Assembly (NCBI GenBank): GCA_965247095.1
Contig: OZ251997.1
Location: forward strand, 2,144,001 to 2,208,000
DNA length: 64,000 nt
Reading direction: 5' to 3'
From: Candidatus Multivorans sp.
Lineage (GTDB): Bacteria > Acidobacteriota > Thermoanaerobaculia > Multivoradales > Multivoraceae
The notes beneath the pieces are model-generated. The model made no database searches. It saw only the letters and a program-made list of their open reading frames with translations, and was not told where the DNA came from. The translations under genes were made by a program, and so were the position numbers. Shown piece by piece: positions 38,876 through 49,756 of this stretch (positions are counted from its first letter, which is position 1; each line of letters opens with the position of its first letter).

Positions 38876-39576
38876 GTCCCGGCGCCGGTTCGGGCAACGA
38901 GCCCCTCCTGGTCGCCGACCTTCCGCCTCTCCCCCGCTCCTTCTACGCCCGCACCGCGCTCGACGTAGCGCCAGAGCTGCTCAACAAGGTCCTGATCCGC
39001 GGCCGCCGCGCCGCTCGCATCGTCGAAGTCGAGGCCTACGAGGGATCGAACGACCCCTCCAGCCACGGCCATCGCGGCATGACGAACCGCAACCGGACGA
39101 TGTTCGGGCCGCCGGGCCATCTCTACGTGTACTTCACCTACGGCATGCACCACTGTGCCAACGTCGTCTGCGGCGAGGAAGGCGTGTGTTCGGCCGTCCT
39201 GCTGCGTGCCGTCGCACCGTTAGCCGGCCAAGACATCATGCGCCGCGCCCGCAACGCGGCCAGCAGACGCCGCTCCACCAAGCCGTTTCGGTCCGTCGAC
39301 CTATGCTCCGGTCCCGCCCGCCTGTGCCAGGCCTTCGGTCTCGACCGCCGCGACGACGGCGCCGACCTGGTCACGGCATCGGCCGCCCTCAGTCGCCTGT
39401 CCATCTTCATCGTCGATGACGGCACCTCGCCGCCAACCGAGCCCCGCCGCAGCGGCCGCATCGGCGTCTCGAGAGCACCGAATCGCCCTTGGCGCTTCTA
39501 CGTCGCCGGAGATCCGAACGTGTCCAGGTCCCGCGGACCCAGCATCGGCAGCGGCCCTGGGTCCGGCACAGCCTGA
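38872..39576 (+). CDS. mpg: DNA-3-methyladenine glycosylase (AAG/MPG type); probable CTG start
   Basis: In frame upstream of the listed ATG 39079: LPRSFYAR...IVEVEAY...DPSSH; then LYVYFTYGMHHCAN, GPARLC, RIGV...WRF. Confidence 0.88.
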   Translation: MSPGAGSGNEPLLVADLPPLPRSFYARTALDVAPELLNKVLIRGRRAARIVEVEAYEGSNDPSSHGHRGMTNRNRTMFGPPGHLYVYFTYGMHHCANVVCGEEGVCSAVLLRAVAPLAGQDIMRRARNAASRRRSTKPFRSVDLCSGPARLCQAFGLDRRDDGADLVTASAALSRLSIFIVDDGTSPPTEPRRSGRIGVSRAPNRPWRFYVAGDPNVSRSRGPSIGSGPGSGTA

Positions 39577-39602
39577 TGTTCGGGGGATCATCCCACCAGC
39601 CA

Positions 39603-39641
39603 TCCTTGCAATCATGGACCAAGAGTCCAGGATTGCAAGGA
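39603..39641. terminator. Long hairpin between convergent genes, possible bidirectional terminator
   Basis: tccttgcaatc-a-tggac caaga gtcca-g-gattgcaagga; no U-tract. Confidence 0.5.
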
Positions 39642-39667
39642 ACGCCAGCGGTTCCAGACCGCCCGGG

Positions 39668-40555
39668 TCACCCGCTCGAACGCTCGCTCATGGCCCGCAG
39701 GCGCGCAACCAGGCTCGACGTGTCCCAGCGCAGACCGCCGAGGGCGGTGACCTCGCTGTAGAACTGGTCGACGAGGGCCGCTAGCGGCAAGTGGGCGCCG
39801 TTCTGGCGGGCCTCGTCGAGGGCGATCCCGAGATCCTTGCGCATCCACTGGACGGCAAAGCCGTAGTCGAACTTGCCCTGGGCCATCGTTTCGGCCCGGT
39901 TCTCCATCTGCCAGGACCCGGCAGCGCCCGTTGAGATCGCGCCGACCACCGCCAGCGGATCGAGGCCGGCCTGCTCGGCGAAGTGGATGCCCTCGGAGAG
40001 GCCCTGGACGATGCCGGCGATGCAGAGCTGGTTGACCATCTTCGTCAACTGGCCGCTGCCGGCGGGGCCGAGCAGGGTCACAGCCCGGCTGTAGCAGTCG
40101 ATCACGGCGTTCACCCTCTCGAAGACGTCCGGCTCACCGCCACACATGACGGTCAAGACGCCGTTCTCGGCGCCGGCCTGACCGCCCGAGATCGGTGCGT
40201 CGAGGAAGCCGCAGCCACGCGCGGCGCAGGCTTCCGCAAGTTCGCGGGCAAGCCGCGCCGAAGCGGTCGTGTGGTCCACAAGCACGCTGCCCTCGGCCAT
40301 GCCTTCGAGCGCTCCGCCCGGGCCCAGGGTCACGGCCCGGACATCGTCGTCGTTGCCGACGCAGCAGAACACGAACTCGGCGCCTGCCGCCGAGTCGCCG
40401 GGCGTCGCGGCGCTCTCGCCGCCGTGCTCCTCGACCCATTGCTCCGCCTTCGCCGCGGTGCGGTTGTAGACCACGACCCGCTCGCCCGCGACCGCCAGAT
40501 GCCCGGCCATCGGGTAGCCCATGATCCCCAGTCCGATGAACGCAACGTCTGACAT
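39668..40555 (-). CDS. NAD(P)-dependent beta-hydroxyacid dehydrogenase (3-hydroxyisobutyrate dehydrogenase family)
   Basis: FIGLGIMGYPMA, DAPISGG, GQLTKMVNQ, KDL. Confidence 0.92.
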   Translation of the reverse strand: MSDVAFIGLGIMGYPMAGHLAVAGERVVVYNRTAAKAEQWVEEHGGESAATPGDSAAGAEFVFCCVGNDDDVRAVTLGPGGALEGMAEGSVLVDHTTASARLARELAEACAARGCGFLDAPISGGQAGAENGVLTVMCGGEPDVFERVNAVIDCYSRAVTLLGPAGSGQLTKMVNQLCIAGIVQGLSEGIHFAEQAGLDPLAVVGAISTGAAGSWQMENRAETMAQGKFDYGFAVQWMRKDLGIALDEARQNGAHLPLAALVDQFYSEVTALGGLRWDTSSLVARLRAMSERSSG

Positions 40556-40729
40556 CCGGCGTCCTCCCTTGCCGTGAGCGACTCGCGCCGCTTTGGTCTG
40601 ATCCGGTGAGGCGCGATCCTACCCGCGCACCGATGAACGAAACTGGGTGGTGAGCGCGCGGTCGCCCACCACCCCCGGCGACGGCGAGATGAGAAGCCGT
40701 CGCCCGTTCAATGTGTACGGGCCCCGCGA

Positions 40730-41239
40730 CTACTCCTCGCGCGGCCCCCGGCCCCGACGGCCGAAGGGGCCGCGGCGGCCGGAACGGTCGTTCTCGCGCA
40801 GAGCGTCCCAGCGGATCTTCTGCTCACGGTCGAGCAACCTCACCAGGTCCTTCTCCACTGCCCCCTGCGCCGCCGTCAGCCGCTGGGCCACGCCTCGCCG
40901 GTCGAGCTCCAACTGTCCGACCACGGCCGGGTCGGGCGCCGCACCGTTCGCCTCTTCCTCCAGTCGTTGCGACAGCTCGCGCATCTCACGCAACAGCGGG
41001 CGAACCTGAGCCCGGTGGTCCTCGCTCACGCGGCGCCACTCGGCCTTCTGGTCCTCGGTCAACTGGAGCACTCGAGCCATACGGTCAACGTCGAACTCCG
41101 CGGCGCCGGAGCGCCCGGAGCGCTTGGCGCCAGCCTTGTCACCCTCCTGCGCTCCGGCGAAGGCAGCCACAGCCGCAAGCGTCAGGCCGAGAAGAACGGT
41201 ACGGGCGATCAGGATGGAACGGTTCAAAGATGACTTCAT
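40730..41239 (-). CDS. Spy/CpxP-family periplasmic protein
   Basis: Signal peptide, LQLTEDQK and LDREQK (LTxxQ-like), helical; divergent from a two-component pair. Confidence 0.75.
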   Translation of the reverse strand: MKSSLNRSILIARTVLLGLTLAAVAAFAGAQEGDKAGAKRSGRSGAAEFDVDRMARVLQLTEDQKAEWRRVSEDHRAQVRPLLREMRELSQRLEEEANGAAPDPAVVGQLELDRRGVAQRLTAAQGAVEKDLVRLLDREQKIRWDALRENDRSGRRGPFGRRGRGPREE

Positions 41240-41317
41240 TGCAAGCACCTCCTATGTGCATAAATCAAACGTGGGAGAACGCTACGGGCCGCCGCCAGCG
41301 CCAGTCATCAAGCCCAG

Positions 41318-41341
41318 GCAAGATGTTTGTAACGCTTGTAA
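41318..41341. promoter_or_regulatory. Putative OmpR/CpxR-like direct-repeat box in a divergent promoter
   Basis: GCAA(41318), GTAA(41329), GTAA(41338); spacing imperfect. Confidence 0.3.
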
Positions 41342-41374
41342 GAGCGTGTCTTCCGCGGCGCTACACTGCCTCCG

Positions 41375-43161
41375 ATGGCTGTCCGGCGCATTCCCGGGCG
41401 CGCACCCGGCTCACGCAACCGCGGGTCCCTGATCGTTGCGGCCGTGGCGGCCGTACTGCTGGTGACCCTCGCCGTGCTCCAGTACCGGTGGACCGGCGAG
41501 TTGAGCGCTGCCGCCAACGAGCGGATGCGCGTGAACCTGGAGGAGTCGAGCCGCTTGCTTGCGAGCGACATCGAGGCTCCGCTGGCTCAGCTCTACAGCG
41601 GCTTCCTGCGCGCCGCGACCCTGACCGAGCCGCGCCGGGGCCGATCGGAGGGCACGCCGGAGCAGTTCGAGGGGTTCCTCTCCCGGGTTGTAGAGGACTG
41701 GCGCGAGAACGCGGAGTTTCCGGACATTCTCGACGAAACCTGGGCCGTGCTGACCGACCGGCGCGAAGGGACGCGCGAGGTCTTCCGGTTCGACGAAATC
41801 ACCGGGCGCCTGCAGCCTGATCCGGAGCCCGGCGACATGGAGGAGCTCCTTCGCGTTTGCGGCGGCCGGGACGCCAGACTCCGCCTCTACGGACCGACCG
41901 CCTGGTCGTCCCGATTCCCGCGCGAACTCGAAGCGGGCGGCCCGGGCGGCCCGGACCGCCGACCGGCCTGATCGTGGCGCGCCTGAGTGTGACCACCCTC
42001 GAACACGAGATGCTGCCTGCCGTCATCGAGCGGCACTTCGGCGCTCCCACCGCCCGCGGCGGACCGGAGTACCTGGTCTCGGTGACCGACCTGTCCAGTT
42101 CGCCGACCCGCCGGCTCTATCCGCGGCCGGACGGAGAACGAGCGAATGAAGCTGGCGCCACGTCGGGCCCCGCGGACATCGAGTTCTCGGCGCTGCGGAT
42201 GCGCGGCCCCTTGGGGCCGCCCGGCAGCCGCGGCCTGCGGCTCGCACGCGGCGAGCGCGGCGAAACCCGGGGCGCCCCGCGGTCCCCGGACCCACCCCCT
42301 GGAGCGTGGCAGGTGCGGATCACCCACCGCCGCGGTTCGCTCGAAGCCGCCACCGGCGCTGCACGGCGGCGGAATCTCTACATCAGCTCCGGCGCCCTGA
42401 CCCTGATCGCCATCGGCTTCGGCCTGACTCTGCTTGCGGCCCGCCGTGCGCAGACCCTGGCCGCCCAGCAGGTCGACTTCGTGGCCGGGGTGTCTCACGA
42501 ACTGAACACGCCGCTGCAGGCGATCCGCTCGGCGGGCGAGAACCTGCGCGCCGGTGTCATCCGGGAACCTGCCGACATCCGAGGATACGGTGAGCTGATC
42601 GAGCGCGAGGGCCGGCGGCTGATGCGGCTCATCGAACAGGTTCTCCACTACGCCGGCATCGGCCGCGGCGCCGCGCGAGCGCCGGCAGCGCAGGTCGACC
42701 TGGGCGAACTCCTCCGCACCGTGGAGAACGAGTCGAGCTGGTTCCTGGAGGAACACCGGGTCGAACTCGAGCTGTCCGGGCTCGACGATCTGCCCGCGAT
42801 CCAGGGCGACGGCGCCGCCCTGAACCTGGCCTTTGCCAACATCCTCCACAACGCGGCGAAGTACGGAGCGGACGACGACGGCGCGGTCCGCGTGCGCGTC
42901 GAAGCGGCCTGCGACGCGGATCGGCAACGGGTGACCGTCGCGGTCACCGACTGCGGCCCCGGCATTCCGGCAGACGAGCAGCAACGCATCTTCGAGCCCT
43001 TCGTCCGCGGCCGCCGCGCCACCGAGGGGACCGTCCCCGGCTCCGGCCTCGGACTGAGCCTCGCGCGGCAGACGATCCAAGCCCACGGCGGCTCGGTCAC
43101 CGTCGACAGCGAACCCGGCCAGACGACATTCCGCGTCTCGCTGCCGGCGAGCGGCCCATGA
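41375..43161 (+). pseudogene. Sensor histidine kinase split by a frameshift near 41850 (real lesion or sequencing error)
   Basis: TM1 and sensor start in 41375..41971; TM2, HisKA (VSHELNTPL) and HATPase (NAAKY, DCGPGI, GSGLGL) in 41857..43161. Confidence 0.8.
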
Positions 43162-43865
43162 ACGCCCGGCGCCTGCTTCTCGTCGAAGACGAACCCAGCC
43201 TCGTCCGCACCCTGACCGACCGGCTGGCCGCCGAGGGCTACGAGGTCGAGACTGCGGCCGACGGCCCGTCGGGCGAACGAATGGCGGCGCAGGGCGGCTT
43301 CGACGTCGTGCTGCTCGACGTCAGCCTGCCCGGCAAGAACGGCTTCGACGTCTGCCGCGATCTCCGGCAGCAAGGCGTCGCGACGCCGATTCTCATGCTC
43401 ACCGCCCGCAACGAGCTCGTCGACCGGGTGCTCGGCCTCAAGCTGGGCGCCGACGACTACCTGGCCAAGCCGTTCGAGACCCTGGAACTGTTGGCACGGA
43501 TCGAGGCGCTGCTCCGCAGGGTCCCGGTCCAGCCCGATTCGGCACGCCTGAACGGCCACCGCTTCGGCAGCGTACGTGTCGACTTCGACCGCGCCCAGGT
43601 GTGGCGCGTCCGCGACGAAGGTGTCGAGTCCGAAATCGCCTGTTCCAGCCTCGAGTACCGGCTGCTCAAGTTCCTCATCGAGAACCGCGGTCAGGTCCAC
43701 GACCGCGACCGCCTGCTCGACGAGGTCTGGGGCTACGACGCCACGCCGACCACGCGCACCGTGGACGTCCACGTGTCGTCGCTGCGCCAGAAGATCGAGC
43801 CGAACCCGGGTAAGCCCGAGTACATCGTCACGGTGCACGGGCTTGGCTATCGGTTCGACGGCTGA
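43158..43865 (+). CDS. OmpR-family response regulator
   Basis: [30 protein letters not shown]...LRQKIE...GYRF. Confidence 0.95.
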   Translation: MNARRLLLVEDEPSLVRTLTDRLAAEGYEVETAADGPSGERMAAQGGFDVVLLDVSLPGKNGFDVCRDLRQQGVATPILMLTARNELVDRVLGLKLGADDYLAKPFETLELLARIEALLRRVPVQPDSARLNGHRFGSVRVDFDRAQVWRVRDEGVESEIACSSLEYRLLKFLIENRGQVHDRDRLLDEVWGYDATPTTRTVDVHVSSLRQKIEPNPGKPEYIVTVHGLGYRFDG

Positions 43866-43927
43866 ACGACGCGAAGCGACGTTCAGATAGCCTTCGCTGC
43901 TTCGCAGCAAGCCGCTCCCCCTCCGCC

Positions 43928-45628
<1,701 letters not shown>

Positions 45629-45691
45629 CCGGCGGCCGTGGCGCCCCTTCGTGCACCGGCGACGCCCGGTCCGTCCTACAATCAAGGAGAA

Positions 45692-46234
45692 ATGGCCGTC
45701 CCTCGATCCTCCGAACAGAGCCGCGCGACCGCGCGACTGCTGAGCCAGTACGACAACCTCCTGGACACCGTCCTCAAGGCCTGCAAGGCACACTACGGGA
45801 ACCGACTGGCCGCCCTCGCCGTCTACGGATCAGTCGGCCGCGCCACGCCCAGGGCCAACTCCGACATAGACCTCCTCCTCGTGGCGGACGATCTGCCGGA
45901 TGGCCGGATCGCTCGGGTCGAGGAGTTCCGAGCCATGGCGGACCGGCTCCGGCCGTTGTTCGACATGGCCGCCGACCTTGGAATCCAAACCCGGCTGGCG
46001 CCGATCTTCAAGACGCCCCGGGAACTGCGCCGCGGAACCCTGCTCCTGCTCGACATGACCGAGGATGCGCGCATCCTCCACGACCCCGACCGCTGTCTGG
46101 CCGACACCCTCGATCGCCTGCGCGACCGCCTCCGCGAACTGGGCTCGAAGCGGGTCTGGCAGAGCGGCGAGTGGTACTGGGACCTGAAGCCCGACTACAA
46201 GCCCGGCGATGTCTTCGACCTGTTCCCGAAATGA
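45692..46234 (+). CDS. Minimal nucleotidyltransferase (MNT)
   Basis: YGSVGR...SDIDLL; AAGGAG before ATG 45692. Confidence 0.88.
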   Translation: MAVPRSSEQSRATARLLSQYDNLLDTVLKACKAHYGNRLAALAVYGSVGRATPRANSDIDLLLVADDLPDGRIARVEEFRAMADRLRPLFDMAADLGIQTRLAPIFKTPRELRRGTLLLLDMTEDARILHDPDRCLADTLDRLRDRLRELGSKRVWQSGEWYWDLKPDYKPGDVFDLFPK

Positions 46235-46647
46235 CGACGAACGGCGCTCTGGCGAGAAGCTACCTGGCCAAGGCGAGAGTGCGGCTCCGCGCCCTGGCTG
46301 TGTTCGTGGCCGAAGAGGCGCACTCAGACGTCATCCGGGAATCGCAGGAACTCGTGGAGCTCGCGCTCAAGGGAATGCTCCGGCAGGCAGGCGTGGAGCC
46401 GCCCCACTGGCACGACGTGGGCAGCCTGTTTCGGGAACGTGCCGACCGCTTCCCCGATCTCGACTCGGCGGACCTCGACCGAATCGCCGCCATCTCCTCG
46501 TGGCTGCACGCCGAACGGGAGCCTTCCTTCTACGGGGAACCGGGTCTGATCCCCACCGAGCGCTACACGGAAGCCGACGCGAGGCGGGCGTTCGAAGACG
46601 CCTCCTGGGTCGTCTCGGTCGCTGCTCGGGTGATCCCTGCAGAGTAG
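46231..46647 (+). CDS. HEPN domain protein
   Basis: ATGA overlap with the MNT; SQELVELALKGML, PPHWHDV, REPSFYG. Confidence 0.87.
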   Translation: MTTNGALARSYLAKARVRLRALAVFVAEEAHSDVIRESQELVELALKGMLRQAGVEPPHWHDVGSLFRERADRFPDLDSADLDRIAAISSWLHAEREPSFYGEPGLIPTERYTEADARRAFEDASWVVSVAARVIPAE

Positions 46648-46836
46648 GCTCCTTCAGGCATTTCGCTCACTCCAGCACCGCAACGAGAGCAGCAGTAGGG
46701 CGCCAGCCAAACTGGCTCCACAGCAGTACACGTTCGATTGCGATCCGGTCCGTTCTCATGGCGAGCAACAACTACTGTAGAAGCCTTGCTCCGCCCACCG
46801 CACTCTCACGGAGAGAGTCAAGCGGCTAATCCCTTT

Positions 46837-48339
46837 CTACCCGGAAGACTCTGGCAACCCCTCGAACCGCTTCTGCAGCTTCTTCATCCGCTTGCCGGAG
46901 ATGCCGTCGAGCGCCTTGATGGCGCGGCGGATGCGCGCGCGCACGAGGTCGGGGCCGAGAATCTCCATCGACTGGAACAGCGGCAACGAGGCCGTCTCGC
47001 CGGACATGGCGACGTAGCAGGGCCGGGTCAGGTCGCGCAGGCTCAGGCCGAGCGCCTCGGACAGGCGCCGGAACTGGCCCTGGATGACGTCGGCGGTGAA
47101 GGTCTGCTCGCGCTCCAGCACCCAGAGCACGCACTGCAACGCTTCGGCGACCTGGACCTCTTCGAGACCCTTGACGGCGAGCTTCTCCCGCTCCACCTCC
47201 GGCGCGTCGACGAAGAGGAAGTTCGTGAGTCGGCCCCAGTCGCCGAGCGTCTCGAGCCGCGGTTGGGCCAGGGCGGCGATTCCGGCAAGCCGCTCCTCTC
47301 CCATCGACCACTCGCGCACGAGCGCCGCCAAACCGGCCGCGTCGTAGTCCTCGCGCAGGTAGCGGGCGTTCAGCCAGCGCAGTTTGTCGAGGTCGAAGAC
47401 GGGACCGCCGAGCGAGATGTCCTCGAGGCGGAAGCCGTCCGCGAGCTGGTCGAAGCTGAACTTCTCCTCGCCTTCCGACCGGCTCGACACCATCAGGCCG
47501 AGGAAGTTGAGCAGCGCCTGGGGCAGGAAGCCGGCATCCCGGAACCAGGTGATCGAGGTCGGGTTGCGCCGCTTGGACAGCTTGGAGCGGTTCGCGTCAT
47601 TGTTGCGGAGCAACGGCAGGTGGCAGAACGTCGGCGGCTCGTAGCCGAGCGCCTCGTAGAGCCGCAGGTGCTTCGGCAGCGAGTTGATCCACTCCTCGCC
47701 GCGGATCACGTGGCTGATCGCCATTGCGTGATCGTCGACCACGCACGCCAGGTGGTAGGTCGGGTAACCGTCGGCCTTGAGGATGACCTGGTCGTCGATC
47801 AGTTCCCACTCGCGCCGGATCTCGCCGCGCAGCAGGTCCTGCATCACGCATTCGCCCTCGGTCGGCATCCCGATTCGCACCACGTGCTCTTCACCGGCGG
47901 CGACCCTCCGCTCCGCTTCTTCCCGCGAGAGGTTCCGGCAGCGCCGGTCGTAGCCGGGGAAGCGCTGCCGCGCGCGGTTCTCCCGCCGCATCTCCTCCAG
48001 GCGCTCGCGAGTGCAGAAGCAGCGGTAGGCGCTGCCTTCGGCCAGGAGCCGGTCGACCTCGACCCGGTACGACGCGAGCCTCTCGCTCTGGCGGTAGGGA
48101 CCCTCGTCCCAGTCCAGACCCAGCCAGCGCAGGGCGTCGAGGATCGCGGACTCCGACGCGCGGCTCGACCGCGCACGGTCCGTGTCCTCGATCCGCAGCA
48201 CGAAGACGCCGCCGCGGCTGCGCGCGAAGGCGAGGTTGACCAGCGCCTGGTAGGCGGTGCCGACGTGCGGGTCGCCGGTCGGCGACGGCGCCACGCGCAC
48301 TCGCACCGGAGCGCCGGCCTTGAGTCCCGAATCACTCAT
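46837..48339 (-). CDS. gltX: Glutamyl-tRNA synthetase
   Basis: RVAPSPTGDPHVGT, RIEDTD, YRQSER, IRGEEW, KLSKR. Confidence 0.96.
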   Translation of the reverse strand: MSDSGLKAGAPVRVRVAPSPTGDPHVGTAYQALVNLAFARSRGGVFVLRIEDTDRARSSRASESAILDALRWLGLDWDEGPYRQSERLASYRVEVDRLLAEGSAYRCFCTRERLEEMRRENRARQRFPGYDRRCRNLSREEAERRVAAGEEHVVRIGMPTEGECVMQDLLRGEIRREWELIDDQVILKADGYPTYHLACVVDDHAMAISHVIRGEEWINSLPKHLRLYEALGYEPPTFCHLPLLRNNDANRSKLSKRRNPTSITWFRDAGFLPQALLNFLGLMVSSRSEGEEKFSFDQLADGFRLEDISLGGPVFDLDKLRWLNARYLREDYDAAGLAALVREWSMGEERLAGIAALAQPRLETLGDWGRLTNFLFVDAPEVEREKLAVKGLEEVQVAEALQCVLWVLEREQTFTADVIQGQFRRLSEALGLSLRDLTRPCYVAMSGETASLPLFQSMEILGPDLVRARIRRAIKALDGISGKRMKKLQKRFEGLPESSG

Positions 48340-49670
48340 CCGCGCACCTTTCCTCGGTAGTCCTCGAGCCGCCGCCGGAGCGGTCGAAGCTCCGCCTCGC
48401 CGGTTCCGGCCCGCTCCAACGTTTCGATAACCTGTTCGATCCGCCGTCCCGCGTCATCGTAGAGACCGGCGCCACCTAGGGCGTCGGCCAGCTCCAGTTG
48501 GAGCTGGACCATCAGATCACGCAGGTGGGGCTCTGAGGCGCCGGCGGCGGCCGCCCGGTCCAGCCGCTCAAGCGCGCGGCCGACATCGTTCGCTCTCATC
48601 GCCAGCATCGTGGTCACGAGCAGCATGTGGACATCGGCGGGATCGTCCGCCAGCACCCGCTCCGCCTCGACCGCCGCCTGCTCGAAGCGCCCGAGCTTGA
48701 ACAGCGCGCCCGCCAGCACCGCGCGGCCGCCGGCAAGGTCGGCGTCGATCTCAAGCGCGCGCCGCGCCGACGCCGCTGCTTCCTGTGGCCGGTTCATCCG
48801 GTCGTAGACGCCGGCAGCGGCGAAGTGGGCCTGGGCGTTGCCCGGCTCGAACTCGATCAGCCGGAGAAGTTCCGCGAGCGAGGCCTGCAACTGGCCCGTC
48901 TCCCGGTAGGTCTTGCTGCGACGAAGGAAGCTCTCCGAGTCCACGGCCAGGACGTCGACCTGGGCCCGGCGCGGGTCGCGGTGGTGGATCATCGGCGGCA
49001 GCCCGCGGGCCGCCTGCGCCAGACGCCGTGCGCCGTCCCGATCACCTGCCCGGTGACGGGCGCGCGACAGCGTGGCCACGATCGCCTGGGTTTCGGGGCT
49101 CAACTGGTAGGCGCGCTCGAGATGTCGCACGGCCTGGGCGACCTCGCCGCGGGCGAGCGCCAGCCGGCCCAGGCCGAGATGCGCCACCGCGTTGTCCGGT
49201 TCGAGACGGGCCGCCTGCTGGTAGTGGGCGTCGGCTTCACCGGCCTGGCCCACCTTCTCCAGGCTCGCGGCGAGCCGGACGCGCGCGGGCGCGTAGCCCG
49301 GATCGATCTCGACCGCCTGCCGGTAGAGGCGCACGGCGGCAGCCGCGTCGTGGGCATCGGCGAGGACGGCTCGCAGGTAGACCCAGCGGAAGTCGGCGGG
49401 CGCGAGCCGGGAGGCTTCGCTGTAGACGACCCCGGCCTCGTCGTCGAACTGGTGGGCCTGGAGGACCATGCCGAGACGGCCCCAGGCCGCGGGCGACTCG
49501 GGTTGGCGGCCGGCGGCTCGAAGTTCGGTTTCGATCGCGGTGCGCACGCGGGGTTCGACAGCGGAAAGGTCGGGGGTGGGGAGGTCGGCGGCTTGTGTGG
49601 CGGTGGCGAGGAGGAGAATCGCTACGACGGTGCTGAACAACCGGATGCGGGCGAGACGCCCGCGTTCCAT
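48336..49670 (-). CDS. Exported tetratricopeptide repeat protein
   Basis: Signal-like segment followed by multiple TPR helices; start uncertain. Confidence 0.82.
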   Translation of the reverse strand: MERGRLARIRLFSTVVAILLLATATQAADLPTPDLSAVEPRVRTAIETELRAAGRQPESPAAWGRLGMVLQAHQFDDEAGVVYSEASRLAPADFRWVYLRAVLADAHDAAAAVRLYRQAVEIDPGYAPARVRLAASLEKVGQAGEADAHYQQAARLEPDNAVAHLGLGRLALARGEVAQAVRHLERAYQLSPETQAIVATLSRARHRAGDRDGARRLAQAARGLPPMIHHRDPRRAQVDVLAVDSESFLRRSKTYRETGQLQASLAELLRLIEFEPGNAQAHFAAAGVYDRMNRPQEAAASARRALEIDADLAGGRAVLAGALFKLGRFEQAAVEAERVLADDPADVHMLLVTTMLAMRANDVGRALERLDRAAAAGASEPHLRDLMVQLQLELADALGGAGLYDDAGRRIEQVIETLERAGTGEAELRPLRRRLEDYRGKVRG

Positions 49671-49731
49671 CCGTGCGCCCGATGACGGGCGTACGGAGTG
49701 GTTCACGGGTGGCGCGGTATCGCGCCACCCG
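49645..49731. repeat. Two GC-rich REP-like hairpins
   Basis: gcgggcg-aga-cgcccgc (within 49645..49670) and cgggtggcgcg-gtat-cgcgccacccg (49706..49731). Confidence 0.5.
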
Positions 49732-49756
49732 GGTTCCCAGGTATGGACGGCGGGGA

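Noticed and set aside
46648-46836. Possible tRNA or ncRNA between HEPN and gltX
   Set aside because: No cloverleaf or T-loop consensus; only a short actctc/gagagt stem.
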